In this document: positions 25,512-35,908 of the stretch, piece after piece
Layout: every line of letters begins with the position of its first letter
Numbering within the stretch: position 1 is the first letter of the stretch
DNA from: Clostridia bacterium
Lineage (GTDB): Bacteria; Bacillota; Clostridia; Oscillospirales; CAG-272
Direction of reading: 5' to 3'
NCBI GenBank assembly: GCA_017520505.1
Contig: JAFXFN010000006.1
Coordinates: 104,091-168,090 of the forward strand
DNA: 64,000 nt
Made by a program: the position numbers and the translations under genes
Notes under the pieces: model-generated
The model's database searches: none
Seen by the model: the letters and a program-made list of their open reading frames with translations, nothing else
Told to the model about the DNA's origin: nothing

Positions 25512-26851
25512 TACAAATCACTTTTGTACAAAATAACAACTTTGTTTTCACTTTCCCGTCCGTCATATCCGTCACAGGGCGGAAATGCGGGCATACATAC
25601 GAGCGTGTCACCGTCACACACAACGGGATAATTTTTCCGCATCTGTGTCGGTATCTTCTTCGATGCAAGCATCTTTTTCGGGGTGTGCGTCATACCGCCG
25701 TATTTGTACTTATCTCCTTCTCTTCTGTTTCTTATAAAAAGATTTCCATTAAGTTTACCACGATTGATTACTGTAGGTTTTAATGTTTTGTAAATATTTT
25801 CCTTTTTGTACCCGTCGTCATAAAAAAGATACAAAGTAAAGCCAAGGTCGGGGAATTTATTTTCCCCCTCGCACAGCTCATATCTGTATTCACCCGTATT
25901 TATCCGGTGTGAAAATCTGACGCTTTTGCCGTTATGGTACAGCACCGTGTCGGCTGAGACGTCCATGCTCTGCCCATTTGAGCCGTTTTGGATAAATTCC
26001 GTTATAAGCTCCGTCATTTTATATGACGGCGAAACACCCGAAAGCCTTTGAATGACCTTCGCGCGGAGTGCTTCGTGCAGATTTAAAAACACTTCCCTTT
26101 CAATCTCATTTCGGTCGGGAAGACTGCCTACAAGCTCATCTGCCTTATCTGATATATAATCATCTGTACTTGACAGTATATCACTGCAATTTGATATATT
26201 TTCGACGAAATTTGAATTAATATGTGAAAGATGCGGTAATATTTCGTGTCTTATATAATTTCTTGTGTAATCGTTACTGTCATTTGACGTATCGTTCACA
26301 TAGCTTAAATTATTTTTCTCAAGATAAGCCAAAATATCCGCTTTATCCGCCTTTATGATCGGTCGGACTATGAGAAATTCTCCCTCTCGTCTGCAAGCGG
26401 GAATTCCGACAACACCTTTAATTCCCGAGCCTCTGCAAAGGTTGAACAAAACCGCCTCAACATTGTCACGTGCATTGTGCGCCGTTGCGATTATTCTGAT
26501 ATTTTTTTCTCTTGCCGTATCAAAAAACGCACGGTAACGGTATTTTCTTGCACATTCCTCAAGTCCCGTTTTGTCCTTTTCGGCAAGCGACGGAATATCA
26601 AGGTGAACAGCCTCCATCTCAACACCAAGTTTTTCGCATACAGATGCGCAAAACCGTTCGTCTCTGTCTGCTTCACCGCCTCTTATGCCGTGATTAACAT
26701 GTACGGCGCAAAGATTTTCAGCGCCTATACACTCAACAAGCGTATACAAAAGCGCCATTGAATCAGAACCGCCCGAAAAGCCGACGAGCACACGCTCATT
26801 TGACACACCGCAAAGCGCAAGCTGTTTTTTTGCAAGTGCTGTCAGACTCAC
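25511..26851 (-). CDS. tilS: tRNA(Ile)-lysidine synthase
   Basis: N-terminal PP-loop SGGSDS, about 450 aa, conserved tilS-hpt-ftsH order. Confidence 0.85.
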   Translation of the reverse strand: MSLTALAKKQLALCGVSNERVLVGFSGGSDSMALLYTLVECIGAENLCAVHVNHGIRGGEADRDERFCASVCEKLGVEMEAVHLDIPSLAEKDKTGLEECARKYRYRAFFDTAREKNIRIIATAHNARDNVEAVLFNLCRGSGIKGVVGIPACRREGEFLIVRPIIKADKADILAYLEKNNLSYVNDTSNDSNDYTRNYIRHEILPHLSHINSNFVENISNCSDILSSTDDYISDKADELVGSLPDRNEIEREVFLNLHEALRAKVIQRLSGVSPSYKMTELITEFIQNGSNGQSMDVSADTVLYHNGKSVRFSHRINTGEYRYELCEGENKFPDLGFTLYLFYDDGYKKENIYKTLKPTVINRGKLNGNLFIRNRREGDKYKYGGMTHTPKKMLASKKIPTQMRKNYPVVCDGDTLVCMPAFPPCDGYDGRESENKVVILYKSDL

Positions 26852-28185
26852 GGTTCGTCTCCATATCTGTCCTCAATGCTTGAGAACTTCGTATATTCAC
26901 CGTTCCAGATCATATCGACCTTACCCTGCGAGCCGTGACGGTTCTTGGCAATAACCACCTGCGCAAGATTCGTTTTATCTGCATCTTCTTTGTAATATTC
27001 AGGTCTGTAAAGAAACATAACTATATCGGCGTCCTGCTCGATAGCACCCGAGTCACGAAGGTCGGACAGCATAGGTGTTTTGTCGTTTCTCGATTCCGTG
27101 GCACGGGAAAGCTGTGCGCAGCAGATAACGGGCACGGCAAGCTCCTTTGCCATTATTTTAAGACCACGTGAAATATCGCCTATTTCAAGCACACGGTTGT
27201 CTGTGTGCTTATCACTCTGCATAAGCTGCAAATAGTCGATAACGACAAGCCCGAGATTTTTCATTCTGCGAAGCTTTGCCTTCATTCCCGTAACGGTGAT
27301 ATTGTTGGTATCATCTATATAAATATTCGTCTGCGACAGCTTCGATGCCGCTTTTGATATTTTCGTCCAGTCCTCCTCCGTGAGTGTTCCCGAACGCAAG
27401 CTGTAGCTGTTTACAAGCGCTTCGCTTGAAAGCATTCTCGACACGAGCTGTTCGTCGGGCATTTCGAGGGAGAAGATACAAACGGTTTTGTTTGTTTTTA
27501 TTGCAACGTTCGTTGCTATGTTCAAGGCAAAGCTCGTCTTACCCATACCCGGACGTGCGCCGACAAGCACCAAGTCACCCTTACCGAGACCGACAAGGAC
27601 ATTATCAAGTCCCTCAAACTGTGTCGGTGTTCCGAGCGCCTCTGCTCTGTTTGTCTGAAGCTGATTCAATCTGTCGTACGTACGCACGAGCGCATCTTTG
27701 ATATGTGTAAAGCCCTTGCTTTCGTTGACGTCTGATATTTCAAATATCTTCTGCTCCGCCATATCAAGTATGCTTTCAACCTTTTCGGATTCGGTGTAAG
27801 CCGCTTCGGCGATTTCATCCGTCGCCGCAATAAGTCGGCGCAAAAGGCTTTTGTTTTTGACTATCTGCGCATAGTCCTTGGCGTTTGATGCCGACGGCAC
27901 TATCTGAACGAGATTGCGGATGTACTGCGTTCCGTCACTCTCTGTATAAACGCCTCGCTTGACGAGCATATCAAGCAGGGTTATAACGTCAATGGGCTTA
28001 TCCTGCTGAAGAAATATCTCCTGCATTGCATTGAATATTTCTTTATGATCCGACATATAGAAGTCGTCGCCCTTTATAACGGTGACGATCTCCTTGAACA
28101 CCTCGGGATCAATAAGCACCGAGCCCAGGACCGCCTGCTCCGCCTCAACGGAAAACGGCAATCTCCTCGTTAACTGTTCTGCCAT
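26848..28185 (-). CDS. dnaB: Replicative DNA helicase (DnaB family)
   Basis: AEQAVLGSVLIDPE N-terminal motif, Walker A GARPGMGKTSF, DYLQLM, and the conserved rplI-dnaB order. Confidence 0.95.
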   Translation of the reverse strand: MAEQLTRRLPFSVEAEQAVLGSVLIDPEVFKEIVTVIKGDDFYMSDHKEIFNAMQEIFLQQDKPIDVITLLDMLVKRGVYTESDGTQYIRNLVQIVPSASNAKDYAQIVKNKSLLRRLIAATDEIAEAAYTESEKVESILDMAEQKIFEISDVNESKGFTHIKDALVRTYDRLNQLQTNRAEALGTPTQFEGLDNVLVGLGKGDLVLVGARPGMGKTSFALNIATNVAIKTNKTVCIFSLEMPDEQLVSRMLSSEALVNSYSLRSGTLTEEDWTKISKAASKLSQTNIYIDDTNNITVTGMKAKLRRMKNLGLVVIDYLQLMQSDKHTDNRVLEIGDISRGLKIMAKELAVPVICCAQLSRATESRNDKTPMLSDLRDSGAIEQDADIVMFLYRPEYYKEDADKTNLAQVVIAKNRHGSQGKVDMIWNGEYTKFSSIEDRYGDEP

Positions 28186-28196
28186 TTTTATTTACC

Positions 28197-28646
28197 TTAT
28201 TTTTGTTCTGTTACGACTACAGTAAGCTTACCGGAAATTTCAGTATAAAGCTTACATTCAACGTGATACGTTCCGAACGCCTTGATGGATTCGGAAAGCT
28301 GCATCTTACGCTTGTCAACGGAAATGCCGTACTGCTTTTCAAGTGCTTCGGAAATATCCTTCGTTGTTACAGAGCCGTAAAATCTGCCGTCAGCGCCTGC
28401 CTTTGCGAAAATTTTGACAGTTGTCTGTGAAAGCTTTTCGGCACATTCACGAGCCGCCGCCTTTTCAACCTCTATTTTGTGAAGTCTTGCAGCTTCCTTG
28501 TTTTTAAGGTCGTTCATAACCTGTGCGCCTGCCTCTGCGGCGAGCTTTCTGGGGAACAAAAAATTTCTTGCGTATCCGTCGGATACGTTTATAACTTCGC
28601 CTTCTTTTCCCTGGCCGGGTACATTTTTAAGCAAAATAACCTTCAT
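28197..28646 (-). CDS. rplI: 50S ribosomal protein L9
   Basis: [36 protein letters not shown] is the canonical L9 N-terminus. Confidence 0.95.
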   Translation of the reverse strand: MKVILLKNVPGQGKEGEVINVSDGYARNFLFPRKLAAEAGAQVMNDLKNKEAARLHKIEVEKAAARECAEKLSQTTVKIFAKAGADGRFYGSVTTKDISEALEKQYGISVDKRKMQLSESIKAFGTYHVECKLYTEISGKLTVVVTEQK

Positions 28647-28679
28647 TTTAGTTTTCCTTTCTGTTGGATGATCTATAGA

Positions 28680-30728
28680 TTATACATTTTTGTTTTCTGT
28701 TTCTTTATTTTCGGCAAGATATTCATCAAGCACCGCTTTAAGACGTGTAACGGCATTTTCAAGATTTTCGTCGTTAAGCTGTGCGCCTGCGCTGTCAAAG
28801 TGACCGCCGCCGCCAAACTTTTCCATCATTTTGGAAACGTTTATCTTGCCTGTGCTTCGTGCGGAAATATTGACCGCACCGTTTATTTTACAAAGCGCAA
28901 ACGATGCATTGATGCCCGTAATGTCAAGAAGACTGTCCGCAACCTTTGCCGCCGTTATCTTGTCGTCAAATACGGATTCGCCTTTTTTGACGGCTATTGC
29001 AAACATTCCCTTGTAAAGCTTCGTATCACGTCTGAATTTCAGCTCTGCGCTGAATTCCTCCTGATTTATCTCGAAGAATTTAGCCACGTCGCCCTGGTCT
29101 GCACCCTGACGTCTCAAATACTGCGCCGCACCGTATGTTCTTACGCTGCACGAGCGTGAAAACTGCTTTGTGTCAAGCGTGATGCCTGCAAGCATAAGAT
29201 TTGCTTCGGGCTTCTGCATAATTCCCTGAGGTAAAAGCTCCTCAAGGATTTCCGCAACCATTTCGCTTGCCGAGGAAGCGGCAGGAGAAATATACATAAG
29301 CTTTGCTTCGTATTTGTTTTCGGGTGCTTTTCTGTGGTGGTCGATAAACACCAGATTTTCCGTGCAGTCGGGAAGTGCGGGGGCTTCAAGAAGCGACGGA
29401 TTGTTTACGTCAGTAACAATAACGAGCGTTGAGGGTGACACAAGATCCTGCGCTTCTGTTTTGTTGACAAAAATATTGTTATATTCGGGAAGCTTTCTTA
29501 TCTCCTCAAGACACACACGCAGGTTTTTATCGTTCATTGCGCTGTCGTCAGCACTCTTGGGAAGATTGACAACGATATTCACCCTTGCACCGAGGTGCAT
29601 TGCTATTTTAGCAATGCCGACACAAGCACCGAAGCCGTCATAGTCTATTGCACGGTGTGCCATTACAATGACATTTTCGGCATCCTTTATCATTTTTTCA
29701 AGCATCAGGGCATACATTCTTGCACGCACACGTGATGCGTTGACAGCGGATTTTGTGTTACCGCCGAAGTAAAGCACCTTTTCGTCAGTCTTTACAACGA
29801 CCTGGTCACCGCCTCGCTGAAGTGCCGTTTCAAGGGCAGACGATGCCGCCTGAGCCTTTTCCTCCATCGTTCCCGCAATATCGGAAACACCGCCCGATGC
29901 CGTGACGGTTATATCACTTTCGGGGATCTTTATGCTTCTTATTTTATCAAGTATTTTAAATCCGTCCTTGACAAGTGCAGAATAGCTCTTACCGTCAAGC
30001 ACAGCGATATATTTATCACTTTCATATTCACGTATGAACGCACCGTATTCAGCTGCCCATTCATACATTATCTCCTGCGCACGTGCCGATACCATTCTCG
30101 TTACGTCGTGAAGCGAAACGACGGATGCATCAAGGTTATCAAGAATGATGTACGCAATAACGGTACGCTGATCCTCGTAATCGGCACGCATCGCATTAAG
30201 CTCATCCGAGGAGTCAAACGTAACAACAAACTTCGTCTGACCGTCAGCAAGCGTTTTAAAGCAATGAACATTGTAATTTGAGCCGTCAATGAGCACGTAT
30301 ATTCCGTCTCTGCCCGCAGAATATATATCCGCAAGCTTTAAAGGCTCTGCAATTTCACTCAGTTTTTTTCCCGCAACATCCGTTGCAGGGCAGAATCTTG
30401 AAACGAATGCACGGTTTGCCCAATCTATTCTCGATTCATCATTGATGACCGCAACAGCCTCGTGATACTTTGATATAAACGTGCGGAAAACGTCACCGCT
30501 TACATCCTCGCCGTCTTCTGACAGCTTCGAATTGCAAAAGCGTTTGATGAATGCCCCGCCGATAAGCGTCAATGCGACATACACGGCGGTGGAAATAACC
30601 GTTATATACCAGCCCGATATGCCGTTTATATGAACGAGAGCCGTAAATCCGAATATAAACAAAACGGTGCAGACAGCAATATAAATATACGGCAGATAGC
30701 CGAATTTTGTCTTTTTGTCCGTGTTCAT
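28680..30728 (-). CDS. gdpP: DHH/DHHA1 phosphoesterase with TM/PAS/degenerate GGDEF regions (cyclic-di-AMP phosphodiesterase GdpP/YybT type)
   Basis: Two N-terminal TM helices, a DHH-family catalytic region, a C-terminal GGGGH motif (FGGGGHFDSAGAQ), and conserved gdpP-rplI-dnaB synteny. Confidence 0.8.
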   Translation of the reverse strand: MNTDKKTKFGYLPYIYIAVCTVLFIFGFTALVHINGISGWYITVISTAVYVALTLIGGAFIKRFCNSKLSEDGEDVSGDVFRTFISKYHEAVAVINDESRIDWANRAFVSRFCPATDVAGKKLSEIAEPLKLADIYSAGRDGIYVLIDGSNYNVHCFKTLADGQTKFVVTFDSSDELNAMRADYEDQRTVIAYIILDNLDASVVSLHDVTRMVSARAQEIMYEWAAEYGAFIREYESDKYIAVLDGKSYSALVKDGFKILDKIRSIKIPESDITVTASGGVSDIAGTMEEKAQAASSALETALQRGGDQVVVKTDEKVLYFGGNTKSAVNASRVRARMYALMLEKMIKDAENVIVMAHRAIDYDGFGACVGIAKIAMHLGARVNIVVNLPKSADDSAMNDKNLRVCLEEIRKLPEYNNIFVNKTEAQDLVSPSTLVIVTDVNNPSLLEAPALPDCTENLVFIDHHRKAPENKYEAKLMYISPAASSASEMVAEILEELLPQGIMQKPEANLMLAGITLDTKQFSRSCSVRTYGAAQYLRRQGADQGDVAKFFEINQEEFSAELKFRRDTKLYKGMFAIAVKKGESVFDDKITAAKVADSLLDITGINASFALCKINGAVNISARSTGKINVSKMMEKFGGGGHFDSAGAQLNDENLENAVTRLKAVLDEYLAENKETENKNV

Positions 30729-30825
30729 CTCATTACCTCTGTCTTTATAAGCTATATTTTTATTATTATATTATATAAAAATTCGCTTGTGTATAACCTT
30801 TATGAAAAGTTTATGTAAATTATTA

Positions 30826-32232
30826 TCACTCAAAAAAAGATGCGTTTATGTACTCATCTGTAAATTCATCATCATCGGAAAGCTCAATATACTCGATTTT
30901 CCTTGCAAAAGTGCATATTTTGTCAAACACAGACTCATCCTGCGCACAAAGGCATGCACCGAAAAGAGAGCAATTTCCAAGCGTCTTACATTCCAAATCA
31001 GGCAAAAGCCCTATACTCACAGCAGCTTCCTTATCGAGATATTCACCGAATGTACCTGCAATATACACAGCATCGATATCGCTTTTTACAATACCCATAC
31101 GCTTGCACAAAACCGAAATACCTGCTCCTATTGCCGCCTTTGCGCCTTGAAGTGAGCGTATATCCTTACGTGTTATATACACGTCATCGGTTATAAACAC
31201 CTTTTCTTTTTCAAGAAGCCCCGACACTGAAAGCTTCCCCGTCTTCAGGAAATGAGAAATTATGCTGACGATACCCGAACCGCATATACCTGTCGCTTTT
31301 GTGTCACCTATAACAGATACGCTTAATTTTCCGTTTTCCTCTTTTACCGCTGATACAGCACCTTTTTGCGCCCTCATTCCGCACTCGAGCCCCGCACCTT
31401 CAAAGCACGGACCCGCCGCCATAGCGCAAGAAAGCATTCTGCCGTTATGTATAAGCACCGTTTCTCCGTTAGTTCCGATGTCGATATAAAGCGCTGTTTT
31501 TTCCGTTATTTTTCCCGTATACAGAGCATAAAAAAGCCCCGATACAACGTCGCCTCCGACAAAGCCGCCGATGCACGGCATATAAGTTATACCGTCTTTT
31601 TCGTATCCGAAAAGGTCCGGGCTTTCGTAAGGATAATATCCAAGCGATGCAGGACTTTTTTTATCATAAATAAGCTGCATTACCGTATTTGCGGAGATTA
31701 TTTTTTTTGATTTTTCAAAATCCGGTACAAGGTCGCAAAGCCTTTTTTTAACACACGCAGACATTTCATCAAGATGATCTTCAGATGATGAGACTCTTGA
31801 AATAACGTCGGCGCCGTACACGCTTTGCGGATTTTTAAAGGTATAAAAACGTGTGATGCCGTCACAGTTTTTTGCCGCAGTTATGTATGTTGTGCCGAGG
31901 TCAACGCACACGACACCGTCGGGGATGGCAAGGTCGGAATTCTGTACGGTGCAATCATCATCCGTCTTTCCGTAAACTGTTACGTCACCGCATATTTTCG
32001 CCTTACAAGCAAGTCTGTATCCGTCATTTATAAGCTTACCGAGAACGTTTTTTTCCTCGTCGTCAGGCACTGATACCTCACCTTCGCATAAAACACGGCA
32101 CTTACCGCATTTGCCGTTACCGCCGCAAGGCGCATCGTGTGAAACACCGAGCTTCAAAAGCGCATCGGCGATACTTTCGCCGTCTTTCACATCACAGAAC
32201 GACGTGCTTTCGCTTACATAAGTTAATTTCAT
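30826..32232 (-). CDS. 2Fe-2S ferredoxin-fused ASKHA (DUF4445, RACo-like) protein
   Basis: The N-terminal plant-type ferredoxin motif CGGNGKCGKCRV is followed by an actin-like ATPase fold (VDLGTTY, DIGTNGE). I prefer ATG 32232 (MKLTYV...), which overlaps the upstream stop as ATGA. The track's 41-aa extension is rejected. Confidence 0.6.
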   Translation of the reverse strand: MKLTYVSESTSFCDVKDGESIADALLKLGVSHDAPCGGNGKCGKCRVLCEGEVSVPDDEEKNVLGKLINDGYRLACKAKICGDVTVYGKTDDDCTVQNSDLAIPDGVVCVDLGTTYITAAKNCDGITRFYTFKNPQSVYGADVISRVSSSEDHLDEMSACVKKRLCDLVPDFEKSKKIISANTVMQLIYDKKSPASLGYYPYESPDLFGYEKDGITYMPCIGGFVGGDVVSGLFYALYTGKITEKTALYIDIGTNGETVLIHNGRMLSCAMAAGPCFEGAGLECGMRAQKGAVSAVKEENGKLSVSVIGDTKATGICGSGIVSIISHFLKTGKLSVSGLLEKEKVFITDDVYITRKDIRSLQGAKAAIGAGISVLCKRMGIVKSDIDAVYIAGTFGEYLDKEAAVSIGLLPDLECKTLGNCSLFGACLCAQDESVFDKICTFARKIEYIELSDDDEFTDEYINASFFE

Positions 32233-32810
32233 CAAGCACCGCCGAATATCAGGTACAATCCGCCGCCGACAACACCCGACAGAATTATTATCGATATGGG
32301 AGATGACAGCTTTTTGACCTTTTTCATAAGAATATATGCCGCAATGCTGACACATACAGCTATTATATCTGTGTTTTTAATGTTGATTTCAAACAGCTCA
32401 GCACCGAAAAATGCGGTGGTTATTATAGACAGCGCCGCAGATGCGATAAGACCGACGGATGCAGGGCGCAGTCCTGTCAAAACACCGCCCATAACGTCTG
32501 ATTTTCTGTATTTTTTATAGATAATTGCAAGTATTGTAACGATGATGCAGGCAGGCGCAACAAAGCCGAGCGTTGCACATATAGCGCCAAGCACTCCATA
32601 CAAACGCATACCGACAAAGGTTGCGGCATTTATACCGATAGGGCCCGGTGTCATTTGTGAGATCGTAACGACGTCCGTAAACTGTGCGACCGTAAGCCAC
32701 GTATTTTCGCTCGTCACCTTTTCGCAGATAATCGGAAGTGCGGCATATCCGCCGCCGAAGCTGAGAATACCCACCTGAAAGAACGTCCAGAAAAGATTTA
32801 AAAGCATCAT
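32232..32810 (-). CDS. Chromate transporter (ChrA) family protein, short form, second of a pair
   Basis: FQVGILSFGGGYAALPII and SQMTPGPIGINAATF are typical of the CHR family. ATGA overlap with the upstream paralog. Confidence 0.75.
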   Translation of the reverse strand: MMLLNLFWTFFQVGILSFGGGYAALPIICEKVTSENTWLTVAQFTDVVTISQMTPGPIGINAATFVGMRLYGVLGAICATLGFVAPACIIVTILAIIYKKYRKSDVMGGVLTGLRPASVGLIASAALSIITTAFFGAELFEINIKNTDIIAVCVSIAAYILMKKVKKLSSPISIIILSGVVGGGLYLIFGGA

Positions 32811-33373
32811 TTTCCGCACCTCTTCTTTCTTGAACTGATAATCAGTCCGAGTATGCACGCAACAGCCAGAACGAATATGATATTCACATCAAAAAAGGCT
32901 ACTGCGGTAAATGCACAGGCGGCGAGTATAAGAGAAATAACGTCCTTATTCTTGACAAATTTACCGACCATTGTGACGACGACATCAAGCATCACCGCCG
33001 CAACACCTGCCGACATACCGAGCAGCACCGCCTTTACAACGGGATTTTCGGCAAACGCCGTGTACGCTAAAGAGATAACTCCGAGGATAAGAAGCGGCGG
33101 CAGTATCGTGCCTAAAAGTGCGGCTATCTGGCCTAAAAATCCAGCCATTTTATATCCGACGAAAAGCGATGCGTTTACTGCCATGGCACCTGGGCAAGAC
33201 TGTGCCATTGACACGAAATCAAGCATTTCCTCCTCGGATATCCAATTCAGCTTTTCGACGAATTTTTTCTTCATAAGCGGTACGATAACGTACCCTCCGC
33301 CTATTGTAAATGCGCTTAATTTAAACGTTTCCAAAAAAAGCGGAAACAGTATTTTATATTTATTTTTCATCAT
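32807..33373 (-). CDS. Chromate transporter (ChrA) family protein, short form, first of a pair
   Basis: FKLSAFTIGGGYVIVPLM and AQSCPGAMAVNAS are typical of the CHR family. Confidence 0.75.
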   Translation of the reverse strand: MMKNKYKILFPLFLETFKLSAFTIGGGYVIVPLMKKKFVEKLNWISEEEMLDFVSMAQSCPGAMAVNASLFVGYKMAGFLGQIAALLGTILPPLLILGVISLAYTAFAENPVVKAVLLGMSAGVAAVMLDVVVTMVGKFVKNKDVISLILAACAFTAVAFFDVNIIFVLAVACILGLIISSRKKRCGK

Positions 33374-33416
33374 AAAAATCCCAAAGCGCCGCCCCCCTTT
33401 TCAGGGCAAGCGGCGC
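33374..33416 (-). terminator. Probable intrinsic terminator of gpmI
   Basis: GCGCCGC/GCGGCGC stem with a T-rich tail on the minus strand. Confidence 0.45.
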
Positions 33417-33431
33417 ATATATTCGACAAAA

Positions 33432-35009
33432 TTATTTCTTGACCATTATCGGCTTTTCCCACTGTGCGGGAACTTCAAGACCGAAAAGTGTTGCAACTGT
33501 GGGTGCAACATTTGCAAGTCCGAACTCACCCTCTGCGATCTCGTAACCGTCAGCGCCTGTAGCGGCAATGAACGGAACGGGGTTAAGGGAGTGCGCTGTT
33601 CTTACCTGAAGGACACCCTTCTTGTTCTTTTCAAACATTTCGTCTGCATTTCCGTGGTCAGCGGTAACGAGCATTGTAACACCGTTTTCCTCACAAACCT
33701 TCAAAAGTCTTGTAAGGCAAAGGTCAAGTGCGCCCATAGAAACGATAACGGCATCCATATTTCCCGTGTGGCCTACCATATCGCCGTTGGGGAAGTTGCA
33801 ACGGATGAAGTCATACTTACCACTCTTGATAGCGGCAATAACGTCATCTGTAACCTCTGCACACTTCATCCAGGGGCGTTCGTCAAAGGAAACCTTATCG
33901 GAGGGAATTTCCGTGAATGTTTCAAGCTCCTCGCTGAACTTTTCGCTCTTGTTTCCGTTCCAGAAGTACGTTACGTGACCGTATTTCTGTGTTTCGGAAA
34001 CTGCATACTGGCTGATTCCGTTTGCAACAAGAAGCTCGGAAAGCGTGTTCTTTATTTCGGGAGGGCTTACAAGATATCTCTTGGGTATCTTGAGGTCGCC
34101 GTCATATTCAAGCATACCTGCAAAGTTGACATTGGGGCGTACACCTCTGTCAAAGTAGGGGAATTCTTCGTCGTCAAACGCCATTGACATTTCGATAGCA
34201 CGGTCACCTCTGAAGTTGAAAAGGATAACACCGTCGCCGTCCTTCATCTTGCCGACAGCCTCGCCGTTTCTTTCGATAACGAATGCAGGGAGATCCTGGT
34301 CGATCATACCGCTGTTTTCATTTCTGAACGTGTTGATAGCGTCTGTTGCGCTTGCAAAACCTCTTGCATTGCCGTGAACGTGTGTTTCCCAGCCGTTTTT
34401 AACCATATCCCAGTCAGCACGGTATCTGTCCATCGTCACCTTCATACGGCCGCCGCCCGATGCAATTTCAGCATGGAAATCACCGTCGTTGAGCTTCGCC
34501 ATAGCTTCCTCAAGCATATCGACGTAAGTCAGGGCGGATGTTGCGGGAACGTCACGTCCGTCAAGCAGAGCGTGCACCTTTACACTCTTTACTCCGTCAG
34601 CCTTTGCACGTGTTATCATAGCGATAAGGTGGGAAATGTTTGAGTGAACGTTACCGTCGGAAAGAAGACCGATAAAGTGAAGGCTTCCGCTGTCCTTACA
34701 TCCTGCAAGAACCTCAGCCCATGCACTGCTTCCGAATATCTTACCGCTTTCGATAGATTCGTTTACAAGCTTTGCACCCTGAGAATATATCTGACCGCAG
34801 CCGAGAGCGTTGTGTCCTACCTCGCTGTTACCCATATCGTCATCGGAGGGAAGACCTACAGCCTCACCGTGAGCCTTAAGACGTGCTGTGAGCTTTTCTG
34901 CAAGAAGCTTATCAAGCGTGGGAGTGTTTGCAAGTGTTACGGCATCGCCGACACCTGTCTTTGAAAATCCTACGCCGTCCATAATTACAAGCAAAATTTT
35001 CTTATCCAT
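33432..35009 (-). CDS. gpmI: 2,3-bisphosphoglycerate-independent phosphoglycerate mutase
   Basis: 525 aa. Starts LLVIMDGVGFS, then SEVGHNALG, and TADHGN near the C-terminus, all typical of the alkaline-phosphatase-superfamily iPGM. Confidence 0.8.
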   Translation of the reverse strand: MDKKILLVIMDGVGFSKTGVGDAVTLANTPTLDKLLAEKLTARLKAHGEAVGLPSDDDMGNSEVGHNALGCGQIYSQGAKLVNESIESGKIFGSSAWAEVLAGCKDSGSLHFIGLLSDGNVHSNISHLIAMITRAKADGVKSVKVHALLDGRDVPATSALTYVDMLEEAMAKLNDGDFHAEIASGGGRMKVTMDRYRADWDMVKNGWETHVHGNARGFASATDAINTFRNENSGMIDQDLPAFVIERNGEAVGKMKDGDGVILFNFRGDRAIEMSMAFDDEEFPYFDRGVRPNVNFAGMLEYDGDLKIPKRYLVSPPEIKNTLSELLVANGISQYAVSETQKYGHVTYFWNGNKSEKFSEELETFTEIPSDKVSFDERPWMKCAEVTDDVIAAIKSGKYDFIRCNFPNGDMVGHTGNMDAVIVSMGALDLCLTRLLKVCEENGVTMLVTADHGNADEMFEKNKKGVLQVRTAHSLNPVPFIAATGADGYEIAEGEFGLANVAPTVATLFGLEVPAQWEKPIMVKK

Positions 35010-35032
35010 TTTTCCAAATTCACTTTCTATCG

Positions 35033-35674
35033 TTAAAATATTTTATTTACTGCTTTAAGTACCTTTTCGGCAACCTCTTCACAAGTGCCTTCGGCATTGA
35101 CAACGGCAATATTTTCCGTATCTGCTATCTTCTCGAAAACCTCGGAAAATCTCTTTCTTATCTTTCTTATCGTTTCCTCTGTTTCGAATATATCCTTTGT
35201 AAGTCTTGTCGAGCTTATTCTTTCAGCGCATATCTTCGGATCAAGATCAAGGAACAAGCAAAGATCGGGTTTAAGGATCGCAGGACAGTTAAGATTACAT
35301 TCAAGAAGCCAATCGATGTCCGAATCAAGTCCCTGATATGCAAATGACGAATAATAATATCTGTCGGAGATAACGTCTATCCCTCTTTCAAGGAACTGCT
35401 TTATTCCGTTTATGGGGTTCATATTGTGGTTTATTCTGTCAGCAAGGAACAAAGCGGCAAGCTCCTCTGTGCATCTCGGCGTAGCACCGCTTAAAGCTTC
35501 TCTTATAAGTCCGCCTGTTACCGTGCTTGTAGGTTCACACGTTACGTAAACACGTCTGCCCTTGTCTTCGAGAGCCTTTGCAAGGAGTCTTAAATGCGTG
35601 GTCTTACCCGCACCGTCGAGGCCTTCAAGTACGATAAACTTACCTCTGCCCTCGGTTGTATTTTTTTCGTGCAT
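35033..35674 (-). CDS. tmk: Thymidylate kinase
   Basis: GKFIVLEGLDGAGKTT P-loop and a DRY-type motif (SDRYYYSS). ATG 35674 follows a GTGAGGT RBS. Confidence 0.85.
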   Translation of the reverse strand: MHEKNTTEGRGKFIVLEGLDGAGKTTHLRLLAKALEDKGRRVYVTCEPTSTVTGGLIREALSGATPRCTEELAALFLADRINHNMNPINGIKQFLERGIDVISDRYYYSSFAYQGLDSDIDWLLECNLNCPAILKPDLCLFLDLDPKICAERISSTRLTKDIFETEETIRKIRKRFSEVFEKIADTENIAVVNAEGTCEEVAEKVLKAVNKIF

Positions 35675-35830
35675 AATACAGCACCTCACTTCAAACTTTT
35701 TTTATAAATTACATTACACTAAAAAATCACTTTACATTATAACATTATAAAAATACAAAGAAAACTGTTAGATGTAAATTTAATTTAAATAACAATACAC
35801 ACATCGTTTCGTTTTATTTGCAAAAAAGTG

Positions 35831-35859
35831 TTGATTTTTTTCATATATTGATGTATAAT
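35831..35859 (+). promoter_or_regulatory. Sigma-A type promoter (TTGATT-17 nt-TATAAT) for the 845-aa orphan gene
   Basis: TTGATT at 35831-35836 and TATAAT at 35854-35859. Confidence 0.5.
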
Positions 35860-35908
35860 ATTTTGTCTGAAAATATATATTTAATTTTAAGCTTGAAAGG
35901 GGTTATTT

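Noticed and set aside
28479-29159. 226-aa plus-strand ORF, with comparable ORFs at 60776-61486, 47179-47793, 46336-46911 and 23659-24270
   Set aside because: All are antisense to well-supported genes (rplI/gdpP, nadB, infB, ftsH). They lack an RBS and have atypical composition.
32232-32355. N-terminal extensions in the ORF track (such as 30826-32355, 57636-58538, 54778-55419, 58588-58968, 15905-18043, 18238-20412, 1541-1846)
   Set aside because: In each case an internal ATG with a proper Shine-Dalgarno sequence gives the canonical N-terminus or signal peptide. The extension would also overlap the upstream gene or lack an RBS.
32853-34187. 444-aa plus-strand ORF, the longest unassigned ORF in the track
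   Set aside because: It is antisense to the ChrA and gpmI genes, whose minus-strand translations carry clear family motifs. Its own translation is low-complexity (Ser/Thr/Ile/Phe-rich) with no RBS, as expected for a shadow ORF.
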